DNA from: a virus
Length of the DNA stretch: 64,000 nucleotides
Virus record (IMG/VR): IMGVR_UViG_3300040856_003054
Span: 72,141-136,140 of that record
Reading direction: 5' to 3' (one strand)
In this document: positions 18,279 to 26,738 of the stretch, piece by piece
Layout of the letters: each line of letters begins with the position of its first letter
How positions within the stretch are numbered: the first letter of the stretch is position 1
The notes under the pieces: model-generated
Database searches by the model: none
Told to the model about the DNA's origin: nothing
Seen by the model: the letters and a program-made list of their open reading frames with translations, nothing else
Translations under genes and position numbers: made by a program

Positions 18279-18307
18279 CTTAAGTCAGTCAACTTAAGAG
18301 CAGAACT

Positions 18308-19000
18308 ATGGTCAAAAATCCATATAGATTTTATACCTATGCCTATTTGCGTGAGGATAGAACTCCTTATTACATAGGTAAGGGTAGTGGAAGAAGAATA
18401 TATGATAAAAATGGAAGACCTTGTGGTAAACCGAAAGATAAATCCAGAATTATTTTCTTAAAGCAAAATCTAACCGAAGAAGAAGCATTCAAACACGAAA
18501 TCTATATGATTTCTGTGTTTGGTAGAAAAGATTTGGGGACAGGTATTCTTCATAATAAAACCGATGGAGGTGATGGAGTTTCTGGGGTAATAGTTAGTGA
18601 AGAAACAAGAGAAAAATTAAGAAAATCATCTACAAAATATAATAATGAAGGTCAAAGAAAATTGGCAAACAAAAAAACTCATAAAAATTATTATCTAAAG
18701 AATAAAGAAAAAATATCACGATACTATAAAGAAAAATATAAGAAAATGAGTTCTGATTTGGAATGGATGGAGAATCAAAGATTAAAACAAAGAATACCTA
18801 AAGAAAATCAAAAAACAAATAGATTGTGGAAAACTTGGAAAATAACTTTCAGTGATGGTAGAATATTGGAAATGACTGGATTATATAATTGGTGTAAAAA
18901 TAATGGATATAGTGATGGGTTAGTTTATCAGGTAGCAAAAGGCACCAGAAATAAACATAAAGATATTGTGTCAGTAGAACAACTGACCACTTACTCTTGA
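18308..19000 (+). CDS. free-standing GIY-YIG (Seg-like) endonuclease
   Basis: YTYAYLRED.TPYYIGKGSGRR...E...N; C-terminal domain shared with HNH 1451-2086. Confidence 0.8.
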   Translation: MVKNPYRFYTYAYLREDRTPYYIGKGSGRRIYDKNGRPCGKPKDKSRIIFLKQNLTEEEAFKHEIYMISVFGRKDLGTGILHNKTDGGDGVSGVIVSEETREKLRKSSTKYNNEGQRKLANKKTHKNYYLKNKEKISRYYKEKYKKMSSDLEWMENQRLKQRIPKENQKTNRLWKTWKITFSDGRILEMTGLYNWCKNNGYSDGLVYQVAKGTRNKHKDIVSVEQLTTYS

Positions 19001-19025
19001 TTTTATTCCCAATACCCGATATACT
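18967..19025 (+). promoter_or_regulatory. palindrome-associated early promoter overlapping the GIY-YIG gene 3' end
   Basis: TGTGTCAGT-N6-ACTGACCAC; TTGATT-17-TATACT. Confidence 0.7.
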
Positions 19026-19046
19026 GAAAATGTCAGATACATAAAA

Positions 19047-19946
19047 ATGACTAAAAATCTTCACCTTGAACATCCTTGTGATAGCATCCTGACAGGAGAT
19101 TTAAGTGTCTTGGATTGGTTTCATGAACCCAACTCCACTATCAGCACTAAGATGGATGGAAGTCCAGCATTAGTTTATGGAACTAATCCTGCAAATGGAA
19201 AGTGGTTCTGTGGAACAAAAAGTGTATTCAACAAAATAAAGATTAAAATAGCACACTCTCATGAAGAAATTGATCAGTTTTACACTGGGAAGGTAGCAGA
19301 AATCCTACATCTTTGTTTTGACTATCTTCCTCGTACAAAATCAATTATTCAATGTGACTGGATCGGTGTAGGAGGTTCTCAAGAATACAAACCAAATACT
19401 ATTACTTATCGTTTTCCGCAGGTAGTTAAAGAGAAAATCATTGTCGCACCTCACACAACTTATGGTGGCGGTGATGATCTCCGTGATGTATTTGCTGCTC
19501 CTCTGTGCAGCAAACTAATCAGCACAAAACACTGCAAATTCGTGCAACCTCAAGTGGAACTGAATCCTTATCGTGAAGATTTGGAGGATGTGTGTAAGTT
19601 TGCCAAGCAAATGAGCACTCTATGTGAGTTTGTGACTGCTCGCAAAGCATTAGAAATCAAAAAGGAAATAAACAACTGCATTAGGGAGCAACGGGTCGTC
19701 AATGAAGATGAAATTGCAGAAAAATGTGATTGTGATAGAAATTTGATTAGGTTGTGGAAGTTAGTGTATTCAATCAAGACAGACATGTTCATGTTCATTC
19801 ACGAAATGGATCAGATTGAATGTTCTATCAACGGTGAAGATAGTTTCCATGAGGGTTATTGTATCTCAAACAAATACGGTATGTATAAAGTCGTAGATAG
19901 AGAAGTTTTCTCATACAATAATTTCGTGACACCTAAAACTTGGTAG
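19047..19946 (+). CDS. conserved cyanophage protein with ligase-type KxDG nucleotidyltransferase motif
   Basis: MTKNLHLEHP...STKMDGSPA...EGY...KVV. Confidence 0.6.
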   Translation: MTKNLHLEHPCDSILTGDLSVLDWFHEPNSTISTKMDGSPALVYGTNPANGKWFCGTKSVFNKIKIKIAHSHEEIDQFYTGKVAEILHLCFDYLPRTKSIIQCDWIGVGGSQEYKPNTITYRFPQVVKEKIIVAPHTTYGGGDDLRDVFAAPLCSKLISTKHCKFVQPQVELNPYREDLEDVCKFAKQMSTLCEFVTARKALEIKKEINNCIREQRVVNEDEIAEKCDCDRNLIRLWKLVYSIKTDMFMFIHEMDQIECSINGEDSFHEGYCISNKYGMYKVVDREVFSYNNFVTPKTW

Positions 19947-19954
19947 GTGTCTTT

Positions 19955-19981
19955 AGACCACCTTCGGGTGGTCTTTTTTTT
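19955..19981 (+). terminator. intrinsic terminator abutting a late promoter
   Basis: AGACCACC-TTCG-GGTGGTCT plus T-run; TATAAATA at 19981-19988. Confidence 0.9.
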
Positions 19982-20009
19982 ATAAATATCTAAAAAAGTA
20001 TTGGGTAAA

Positions 20010-20813
20010 ATGGCATCAAATAAGACATTTGCGGAGTTCATGGAGATTTGTGAGAAGTTTTCGATGGCAGCAGACACATCGAAACCACAATCAGCAAAAC
20101 CAACTAAACTTCCAAAAAGTCGTGAAAGAAATGTAGGAACGCACGATGATTGGAAAGATAAAGTACCAACTGAATGGAATGATACGACAACTGAACAAAA
20201 AAAGAAAAATAAATTAAGATCAAGAGCAAGTGCAGTTGTTGGTACACAGCAAAGACAAGATGTTGAAACTGGTGTAAGAAAAGAGGAAGCACAGTTAGAT
20301 GAACTTCGTATCACAAGAATGTCGCCAGAGAAGCAAGAAGTAAAGAGACGTGCTAAAAACATCAAAGACATTAGAACAAAGAGAGAAACACTTGCTGCAT
20401 TGATGAGACATGCAGAACTTCAAAAGAAAGGATTGGCAGATGAAGTTGAGTATGATGGTGAGAATGTTGATGAAGTATTGATGGTAACTCCTGCAAGAAA
20501 GAAACCAACCAAGAAAGTTGTAAAGAGTGTTGTCAAGATAGAAAAACCAGATCCAAGTGATCCTGATTATGTAAGAAAGCAGAGAGCATATGTCAAATCA
20601 AAGCAGCAAGAGGAAATGGTTGACTATGAAAGATTAAGAAGTGGTGCAGAAGCAGCAACTGATAGAGCAGCAGCAGTAAAGAAAGCAAAACAACAAAGAC
20701 AACAAAGTGATGCAGAAGCAGCAAGAAGTGCATTTAGAACAAAAGGTGTTCCATTTAGTGATGCAAAAGGTTCTGGTCACATTGTAAATGGTAAGAAAGT
20801 ATATGCCAGTTGA
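20010..20813 (+). CDS. probable capsid-internal (processed) protein
   Basis: Late promoter; MASNKTFAEFMEICE CTS-like N-terminus; multiple xxE sites; charged. Confidence 0.55.
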   Translation: MASNKTFAEFMEICEKFSMAADTSKPQSAKPTKLPKSRERNVGTHDDWKDKVPTEWNDTTTEQKKKNKLRSRASAVVGTQQRQDVETGVRKEEAQLDELRITRMSPEKQEVKRRAKNIKDIRTKRETLAALMRHAELQKKGLADEVEYDGENVDEVLMVTPARKKPTKKVVKSVVKIEKPDPSDPDYVRKQRAYVKSKQQEEMVDYERLRSGAEAATDRAAAVKKAKQQRQQSDAEAARSAFRTKGVPFSDAKGSGHIVNGKKVYAS

Positions 20814-20859
20814 GATTCTGTCACATCATCTTGTTTTTTGAGTCAAAATCTGTTATTCT
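20802..20859 (+). promoter_or_regulatory. palindrome-associated early promoter
   Basis: TATGCCAGT-N6-TCTGTCACA; TGTTATTCT -10. Confidence 0.6.
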
Positions 20860-20881
20860 AATCAAGTAGCAAAACTTTTTC

Positions 20882-21043
20882 ATGAATCCTTCCGAAATCC
20901 GTAAAGTAGCACGACTTCTTGAATATGAAGATGATTGTCGTGCAGCACGTCAGGAGTTTATGGAACATGGTGTAAGATTTTATGATAAATTTGGAACTGG
21001 TCACATTGTTGATGGTGTGAAGAAATATACTGAGAAGTATTGA
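20882..21043 (+). CDS. 53 aa early protein paralogous to the C-terminus of 20010-20813
   Basis: Manually read: ...AARQEFMEHGVRFYDKFGTGHIVDGVKKY. Confidence 0.65.
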   Translation: MNPSEIRKVARLLEYEDDCRAARQEFMEHGVRFYDKFGTGHIVDGVKKYTEKY

Positions 21044-21044
21044 G

Positions 21045-21104
21045 TGTGACAATCCGAAAGGTGTCACCCAAAATGAGCACAGCATCCTAAATCGTGTATT
21101 GTAT
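21045..21104 (+). promoter_or_regulatory. palindrome-associated early promoter (ATGAGCACAG subtype)
   Basis: TGTGACAAT-N6-GGTGTCAC, AAATGAGCACAG, TGTATTGT. Confidence 0.65.
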
Positions 21105-21127
21105 CTGTATTGAAGCAAATCACTCCC

Positions 21128-21364
21128 ATGCCTTCCTTCATTCAACACACAACCAATCCAACCTTTGTTGAAGTTGGTGTAGAGTTCTTTCTTCCCACTG
21201 ATTCTACTTCCTGGATTCCGAATGGTTTTGACATGGTAGAGTTTTGTGTGGATGCAGATGAACTCGAAGATGATCGTTATGCTACACTTGAAGAGGTTGC
21301 AGAACAATTCTGCAAGAAAATCGGTGTAGTGTTTTCTCAAGTAATCGAATCGGATTTGTGGTGA
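21128..21364 (+). CDS. acidic hypothetical protein
   Basis: ATG after promoter. Confidence 0.6.
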   Translation: MPSFIQHTTNPTFVEVGVEFFLPTDSTSWIPNGFDMVEFCVDADELEDDRYATLEEVAEQFCKKIGVVFSQVIESDLW

Positions 21365-21444
21365 TTATGGCAACTTGTGGAATCTTAGTGCTCCTTGCAT
21401 ACTCTCTGGGTGCATTGCAAATTATAGTTTTGCATCGACTGCTC

Positions 21445-21504
21445 AGGGACAATCCCTGAAGTGTCCACCAGACGCACCAGAATCGTCTCTAGTGCGTCTA
21501 TAAT
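21445..21504 (+). promoter_or_regulatory. palindrome-associated early promoter
   Basis: GGACAAT-N6-AGTGTCC; TATAAT at 21499. Confidence 0.6.
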
Positions 21505-21532
21505 GACTTTGTTGAATCAAACCACGCAACTC

Positions 21533-21754
21533 ATGGTTTTCCACTATACGACCAACTGGAAAGAGAATAAGGTGTGCCAGATGTTCATTCAGGAGGTTAC
21601 ACCAGAGTTTCAAGAAGGTGACAACAAATACGTTGCTATTGCTCTCAATCCCGAAACAAACAAGAGCATGGTGATGTCGAAACCCCGCAGTCATTATGAT
21701 ACACTGCAATGGGTTCGTAAGTGGTGTGGTTCCTTTTGTATTCTTCCTGCCTGA
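21533..21754 (+). CDS. hypothetical protein
   Basis: ATG downstream of promoter. Confidence 0.55.
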   Translation: MVFHYTTNWKENKVCQMFIQEVTPEFQEGDNKYVAIALNPETNKSMVMSKPRSHYDTLQWVRKWCGSFCILPA

Positions 21755-21785
21755 TTCTTTTCACTCAACTCACCATCATTTACTT

Positions 21786-21935
21786 ATGACTACCAAAACT
21801 TGGGTTGTTAAACTTGAGATTGCGATTGATGAGAATAGTCATCCTCGCAAGTTTATCCCTGATGCTATTGCTGAATGTCTGAATCTTGAAGAAGGTGAAG
21901 ACATTATTGATTACAACTTTGTGTGTCTTGATTGA
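21786..21935 (+). CDS. small hypothetical protein
   Basis: MTTKTWVVKLEI...HPRKFIPDAI. Confidence 0.5.
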   Translation: MTTKTWVVKLEIAIDENSHPRKFIPDAIAECLNLEEGEDIIDYNFVCLD

Positions 21936-22099
21936 TGAAAAACTATCGAGTTCGTGTTGAAACTAACGATGGATGTGTCACTATCTGGCATGAGAAATCG
22001 AAAGCAAAAAGCGCAGACAAATTGATTCTCAATCGTGTCTACAATCAACTCTGTGGACTAAACATTAAAGAAATCTCTGTTAATCCTTCTGTTTGAATC

Positions 22100-22576
22100 A
22101 TGGCAACTTGGAGAGCAAAGTGTTGGTTAGGTTCTTCTTCTGGTTATCAAGAACTGGAAGTGCAATCTAACACAACCTACGGAGCAAAAGAGCAGTTTAA
22201 GAGAATCTATGGTGCAGAGCAAATCATCAACCTTCGGGAAGTTCGTGGAGAATCTACATCAGGTTCTGGAATTGGTGATGTTGGAGGAACTGTGGGTTTG
22301 ATTGGTTTGGTTGCACTTTGTTGGGCATTTGTATCATTTACACCGTGGATTCTCATGGGTTTGGGTGGTGCTTTTGGAACTTGGGTTGGTGAACAAGTAA
22401 CAGGACAAAGCATCGAAGAGTATAATGAACGTGATGATGGTTTGGGTAACAAACGAGCATCAGTTGTTGTTGCGCTTGCTCTCATTCTAGGTGGAATTGG
22501 TTTTGTGAAAGGTGATGAAATCAAAAAAGGTTTTGATGCTGATAGTGTTCCTGCTGAGGTGAAGAAAACTAAATGA
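22100..22576 (+). CDS. membrane protein, hypothetical
   Basis: Soluble N-terminal domain plus hydrophobic Gly-rich segments. Confidence 0.65.
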   Translation: MATWRAKCWLGSSSGYQELEVQSNTTYGAKEQFKRIYGAEQIINLREVRGESTSGSGIGDVGGTVGLIGLVALCWAFVSFTPWILMGLGGAFGTWVGEQVTGQSIEEYNERDDGLGNKRASVVVALALILGGIGFVKGDEIKKGFDADSVPAEVKKTK

Positions 22577-22782
22577 TTATCACACCAGATAAACTAAAAC
22601 TAATCAATGCACTTTCTGCAGAGTATGAGTATCTGTGCCATGATGACTTTGACCCAGATGTTGATACAACACCTGAAGAATACAATAAGATGCTGAGAAA
22701 AATGTCCTATGAAGAATTGATCGAAGAGGCAAGTATTGGTGAAGAATATACCCTTGAAGATTACCTAGGAACTTGGTTATGA
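22573..22782 (+). CDS. acidic hypothetical protein
   Basis: EYEYLCHDDFDPD. Confidence 0.6.
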   Translation: MIITPDKLKLINALSAEYEYLCHDDFDPDVDTTPEEYNKMLRKMSYEELIEEASIGEEYTLEDYLGTWL

Positions 22783-22979
22783 ACTACACTGACATCACAA
22801 CACTTGAGAATTGCCCCGAGTGTGGTGCTAACTGGGTTGATAAACGCATCCCTGAAGAACTCTGGGATCGCTATTCTCCTCCCTATTTCTATAGTCGTGT
22901 GATAGGAGTTGAGTTGCTCCATGAAGATCGAATCAATCATTGGTTGTGCCCTGATTGTAACCACAAGTTTCCCCGATGA
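22773..22979 (+). CDS. zinc-ribbon protein
   Basis: CPECG...CPDC. Confidence 0.65.
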   Translation: MVMNYTDITTLENCPECGANWVDKRIPEELWDRYSPPYFYSRVIGVELLHEDRINHWLCPDCNHKFPR

Positions 22980-23230
22980 TTTACTCTAACCTCTCAAAGA
23001 TTCGTCCTAAACTAAGGACAACTGGACGTGTTTCAGGCAATTTCGGAAAATTGAAAGTTGTCGCTGGTTCATCACTCAATGAGATCGGTGGTGATGGTAA
23101 CATAGGTGCCACACAAGATGAGTACCTGAATCGTCTTTATTATGCTTTTGATAACACCACAGACACTAAACTTCAGCAGTTTCTCTATCAAGAAATCAAA
23201 AAGATTCACGTTCAAAGAGGAACCTGGTGA
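22976..23230 (+). CDS. hypothetical protein
   Basis: Coupled ORF; stop lies within the next palindrome. Confidence 0.6.
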   Translation: MIYSNLSKIRPKLRTTGRVSGNFGKLKVVAGSSLNEIGGDGNIGATQDEYLNRLYYAFDNTTDTKLQQFLYQEIKKIHVQRGTW

Positions 23231-23295
23231 CAGTTGTAGAAGTGTCACAATAAATGAGCACAGAGACCAAAATCATGTATTATTAAAGAGTCAAA
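23226..23295 (+). promoter_or_regulatory. palindrome-associated early promoter (ATGAGCACAG subtype)
   Basis: GTGACAGT-N6-AGTGTCAC, AAATGAGCACAG, TGTATTAT, AAAGAGTCAAA. Confidence 0.7.
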
Positions 23296-23308
23296 GCAAT
23301 TCAAGCAC

Positions 23309-23662
23309 ATGACTACTGCTTTCGCTGACTTCGTTGCACAGCAAGATGCAAAGAACACAATCCAACTTAACATTGTTAAGTATTGTCTGATGCTGTGTGA
23401 TGCTCTTGGACATGATGCTCCTGATGGGTATCACTACTCTCTAGATTCTTCTGGTCGCAAGTATCACAAAGTATTCATGCACATTGGTGATCGTAGGGAT
23501 TCTATTCATGCTTTTATTGATAAGCAAACTGGTTCTGTGTATAAACCAGCAAGTGTAAAAGCGCCTGCAAAAGGTCAGCGTTACAATGTGCTGAGTATTG
23601 AATCTCGTGAGCAAATGTTTGAGCGTTGCGATTGGTCAGGATCTTATCTTTACGCACGTTGA
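23309..23662 (+). CDS. conserved phage early protein
   Basis: GRKYHKV...SIHAFIDKQTGSVYKPAS.KAPAKG.RY. Confidence 0.7.
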   Translation: MTTAFADFVAQQDAKNTIQLNIVKYCLMLCDALGHDAPDGYHYSLDSSGRKYHKVFMHIGDRRDSIHAFIDKQTGSVYKPASVKAPAKGQRYNVLSIESREQMFERCDWSGSYLYAR

Positions 23663-23676
23663 TACAAACTAAAGGG

Positions 23677-23745
23677 TGTGACAATCAAATCTCTGGCACA
23701 CTCGATGGTTTTCCTCCCCAAAATCCTGTATATTAAAAGAGTCAA
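23677..23745 (+). promoter_or_regulatory. palindrome-associated early promoter
   Basis: TGTGACAAT-N6-TCTGGCACA; TGTATATT; AAGAGTCAAA. Confidence 0.7.
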
Positions 23746-23758
23746 AAACAACAACGAC

Positions 23759-24043
23759 ATGACCACTGCAACCGCTTCCCGCACTTTTGTTCATCAGTCT
23801 GTGAATAGCAGCGCAATCTCTCAACTCTCTGTGATCTCTGGTGAGATTGAAGGAACCTATGATCTGCTGGTGATTTTTAACAGCAACCCCGACAAAGTGT
23901 ATCATTATGCTTTTGAGGATGATGGTGCTGCTGCTCGCTGGATTGATCTTCTGAGTGATGAAGAATCCCGCAATGCAACATCTTGGGGTCGTGAATTGCA
24001 TCGTGCATTGAAGCACGGTGACCTCGAAACTGTCGAGGTGTGA
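23759..24043 (+). CDS. KTSC-like domain protein
   Basis: VNSSAIS...LLVIFNS...VYHY...SWGR. Confidence 0.55.
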   Translation: MTTATASRTFVHQSVNSSAISQLSVISGEIEGTYDLLVIFNSNPDKVYHYAFEDDGAAARWIDLLSDEESRNATSWGRELHRALKHGDLETVEV

Positions 24044-24111
24044 CAATCTGAAAACCCGCACAAGGGGGATTGCAAAGTCCCCCATTACCTGCAATACTTA
24101 AAGAGTCAAAG
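24039..24111 (+). promoter_or_regulatory. palindrome-associated early promoter
   Basis: TGTGACAAT...CGCACA; TTGCAA; CTGCAATACTTAAAGAGTCAAAG identical to 29475-29497. Confidence 0.7.
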
Positions 24112-24124
24112 GAATCGCAACCAA

Positions 24125-24388
24125 ATGACTGAGTTTCCAACACTCCAATCCAAAGATGGGACGATGATTGTATCATTCTATCCCATCAAAGTTCCATTTG
24201 GTAACATCAGCGAAACCTGGACACTTAAGGTTCTTGAGTGGGAGGGTATTGAGACAATCTCCAAGAAATGTATCAACAAAGCAGATCGAATCCGTGAGAT
24301 TGCTGATCGTCTTGCCCATGATTATGTTGTTGTCAAAGATAACACGAATCTCCCCCAACTTGCCAACCCTATGATGGGTGCTTGCTGA
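24125..24388 (+). CDS. hypothetical protein
   Basis: MTEFPTLQSKDGTM. Confidence 0.6.
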   Translation: MTEFPTLQSKDGTMIVSFYPIKVPFGNISETWTLKVLEWEGIETISKKCINKADRIREIADRLAHDYVVVKDNTNLPQLANPMMGAC

Positions 24389-24576
24389 TTATGAAGTTCA
24401 TTGGTAACTGCATTAACTCTTTTGATGAGAATGGTGATTGTATCATCCCTTCACTTCCATTCGCAAATGTTACTGAATTTGCTCAACTTGTGGAAGAAAG
24501 TGATAATGTAGAGATTGGTGATTTTATCATTCAATACGACGAAGAAACCGACGTTCATTCGTTCTACTTTAACTGA
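24382..24576 (+). CDS. acidic hypothetical protein
   Basis: Packed ORF. Confidence 0.55.
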   Translation: MLIMKFIGNCINSFDENGDCIIPSLPFANVTEFAQLVEESDNVEIGDFIIQYDEETDVHSFYFN

Positions 24577-24578
24577 TT

Positions 24579-24785
24579 ATGCAATTCCAAGTTACTGAAA
24601 TTGAGTTCGATTTCACTGATGATCTTGATGATGAAGCACTTGATGTTGAAACCCAAGATGAAATCTACGATGAAGTGATTGGTAGTTTCTGGGAAGCAGA
24701 TGATGAAGATGACCTCATCGAAGAACTAACATCTGCCTTTGGTTGGTGCATCAAATCCATTGATTATCGTCACATTCTAAAATGA
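24579..24785 (+). CDS. acidic hypothetical protein
   Basis: MQFQVTEIEFDF...WEADDEDDLIEE...GWCIKSIDY. Confidence 0.65.
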   Translation: MQFQVTEIEFDFTDDLDDEALDVETQDEIYDEVIGSFWEADDEDDLIEELTSAFGWCIKSIDYRHILK

Positions 24786-24812
24786 GAATCGCACTGTGGA
24801 AAGTGTAAAGAA

Positions 24813-24885
24813 TGTGTGCCAGTCAAATCACTGGCACACAAAATGAGCACAGCACCCCAGATGGTGTATTCTTAAGAAGTCGAGA
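24813..24885 (+). promoter_or_regulatory. palindrome-associated early promoter (ATGAGCACAG subtype), perfect copy
   Basis: TGTGTGCCAGT-CAAATC-ACTGGCACACA perfect 11-bp inverted repeat; TGTATTCT. Confidence 0.8.
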
Positions 24886-24897
24886 GGAACACACCCG

Positions 24898-25215
24898 ATG
24901 GCAGTCACCAAAACCGCAAGCAGCAATCGAGTCCACGATAACATCGACGAGAACGATGTTTGTATCATCAACCTGGGACGCAAGCACAACTTTAACATTC
25001 TCCCAGTTGTGATGCGTCAGGAGACCGAAAAAGCAATCCAGTTTGGTTCGATTCTCACGCCACGTCACTCTATCTGGTTTCCGAAGAAAGCACTGCGTGA
25101 GTGTAAAGAAGTGCCTGGAACTTTCACGATTGCGCCTTGGTTTTCTTTCGATTCTTGGGGTTGCTTGTTTCTGAGCAGCAACATGCGTCGTTCGATGTCT
25201 ACTCTGGAGTTCTGA
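24898..25215 (+). CDS. hypothetical protein
   Basis: ETEKAI...IWFPKKAL. Confidence 0.6.
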   Translation: MAVTKTASSNRVHDNIDENDVCIINLGRKHNFNILPVVMRQETEKAIQFGSILTPRHSIWFPKKALRECKEVPGTFTIAPWFSFDSWGCLFLSSNMRRSMSTLEF

Positions 25216-25218
25216 ATC

Positions 25219-25404
25219 ATGACTGCATTTGTAACACCAAAGAGCAAGAAAGCACGCAACCGATTCTGTAACTTAATGGGACAAGAATCGGAGTGTGTGA
25301 TTGAACAAAACAAAGGTGATCGTGTGTTTCTGCGATCACTGAATGGTAAAAACTTCTTCTGGGTTAATCTTCTCAACGATTCTGATTGGAGCATTGAACT
25401 ATGA
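25219..25404 (+). CDS. hypothetical protein
   Basis: VTPKSKKARNRFCNLM...FFWV. Confidence 0.65.
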   Translation: MTAFVTPKSKKARNRFCNLMGQESECVIEQNKGDRVFLRSLNGKNFFWVNLLNDSDWSIEL

Positions 25405-25586
25405 CTTTTGTTGATGCACTTTTTGCTTCTGGTTATGATTATGACAAATACGTTGGTGCATTTATGAAAGAAGAATCCAATGGTGATTTGCATACTTATC
25501 TTAATGTAGAAGATGATGAATGGATCTATGAAAAGTGTGATGCTGATGATAATGTTCTGTCTACCGTTCCTTTCACTCTGAACTGA
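25401..25586 (+). CDS. acidic hypothetical protein
   Basis: Coupled ORF. Confidence 0.55.
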   Translation: MTFVDALFASGYDYDKYVGAFMKEESNGDLHTYLNVEDDEWIYEKCDADDNVLSTVPFTLN

Positions 25587-25588
25587 TC

Positions 25589-25813
25589 ATGAATCTCTAC
25601 ATTCTCAATGAAGTGCTGTATGATTACACTGATGGAATGTGTGTGATTGCAGCAGAATCTATGGGTCGATGTGAACAACTTTTTATGAAAGAGTTTAGTG
25701 GTGATTATAATAAAGAAGAGCGACAAAAAGAGTTCAGTGCTGCACCAATTAAAGTGATTGAAGGTATCAATCATCCTGAAGGAATTGTAAGTTATGTGTA
25801 TGGAGGTGGTTGA
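25589..25813 (+). CDS. hypothetical protein
   Basis: LYDYTDGMCVIAAES...VYGGG. Confidence 0.6.
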   Translation: MNLYILNEVLYDYTDGMCVIAAESMGRCEQLFMKEFSGDYNKEERQKEFSAAPIKVIEGINHPEGIVSYVYGGG

Positions 25814-26003
25814 GATGAATCAAGCACAACTCATCAATTCGATTGAACAACAACTTGAAAATCTGATGCACTTTGATGGTGATCTTGCCGATGATTTTGA
25901 GTTAATGTTGTATGATGATCAAGAGCAACCAATTATCAAGAACTTCACACCACAAGTGTTAGAACAACTCACTCAAATTGTCTATGAACTTGATAACAAC
26001 TGA
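25794..26003 (+). CDS. hypothetical protein
   Basis: Likely start MNQAQ. Confidence 0.5.
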   Translation: MCMEVVEMNQAQLINSIEQQLENLMHFDGDLADDFELMLYDDQEQPIIKNFTPQVLEQLTQIVYELDNN

Positions 26004-26157
26004 TTTTTCTGTGATTTCCTTGTAGCGCATGACCCAACCTACCATGCCACTGAAATTGCAGAAAAATCACGTTTCTGCTTAAGTGGTGGACTGCGATCTC
26101 AGCGAGTCGCATGGTGAGATCTGACAGGATACCAGCAGCAAGCATCAAATCTCACCA
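26001..26157 (+). ncRNA. candidate structured non-coding element with three hairpins
   Basis: 18-bp stem 26001-26018/26052-26069; stem TGCGA/TCGCA at 26092-26111; stem TGGTGAGAT/ATCTCACCA at 26112-26157; no substantial ORF. Confidence 0.45.
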
Positions 26158-26158
26158 G

Positions 26159-26230
26159 TGTGCCAATTCAATCTCCGCACACTATTGCTTGATTTCTCAT
26201 CCGATTCATGGGATTCTATAGAAGTCGAAA
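26159..26230 (+). promoter_or_regulatory. palindrome-associated early promoter
   Basis: TGTGCCAAT...CCGCACA; TTGATT; GATTCT; AAGTCGAAAGG. Confidence 0.55.
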
Positions 26231-26243
26231 GGAACACAACCAC

Positions 26244-26420
26244 ATGACCAACGAAATTCTTCAATCTCTCCCACAGTTTATTCTTGAGATGGATGCTGAT
26301 TGGGAGATGGTTTGTGACTTTGTTTTGTCACAAGATTCGTCCATGAGATTTGTTAGTGCTGAAAGTGATTCTCTATGGTTAGCAGTTGAGAAACTTTTCC
26401 TGGAGGAGATTGATGCCTGA
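26244..26420 (+). CDS. hypothetical protein
   Basis: ATG after AGGA. Confidence 0.55.
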   Translation: MTNEILQSLPQFILEMDADWEMVCDFVLSQDSSMRFVSAESDSLWLAVEKLFLEEIDA

Positions 26421-26604
26421 AATGTTTGCTGTTCAACCTAAGTCATTTGGTGAGTTTGATGATTATTCTGCAGAGTATTGTTCAAGTTATGATGATGCTC
26501 AAGATGTTGCATTTGATTGGTCTATCAGTGAAGGTGGAGCACCAATGATCATCTGGAGAATTACATCGAACAATCCTATTCGCTGGTCTGAGGTGATTGC
26601 CTGA
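26386..26604 (+). CDS. hypothetical protein
   Basis: Likely start MPEMF. Confidence 0.5.
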   Translation: MRNFSWRRLMPEMFAVQPKSFGEFDDYSAEYCSSYDDAQDVAFDWSISEGGAPMIIWRITSNNPIRWSEVIA

Positions 26605-26738
26605 TGTTCACTATTAAGTATCAAACTCCTTACAATCAATGTGAGTGGAGAACACAAAGTTTCTCTACACTTGAAGAAGCAAAGAGAATGGTAGAGTTCT
26701 ATCGTTCTTGTGGATCACCTGCCCAACTTGTTTGAATT

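Noticed and set aside
19928-19951. Hairpin GACACCTA/TAGGTGTC as another promoter palindrome
   Set aside because: The spacing differs from the consensus and it is followed by a terminator and a late promoter, not a sigma70 -10 box.
23677-24840. Palindrome as a canonical CRP or NtcA site
   Set aside because: CRP is TGTGA-N6-TCACA (16 bp) and NtcA is GTA-N8-TAC; here TGTG and CACA span 24 bp.
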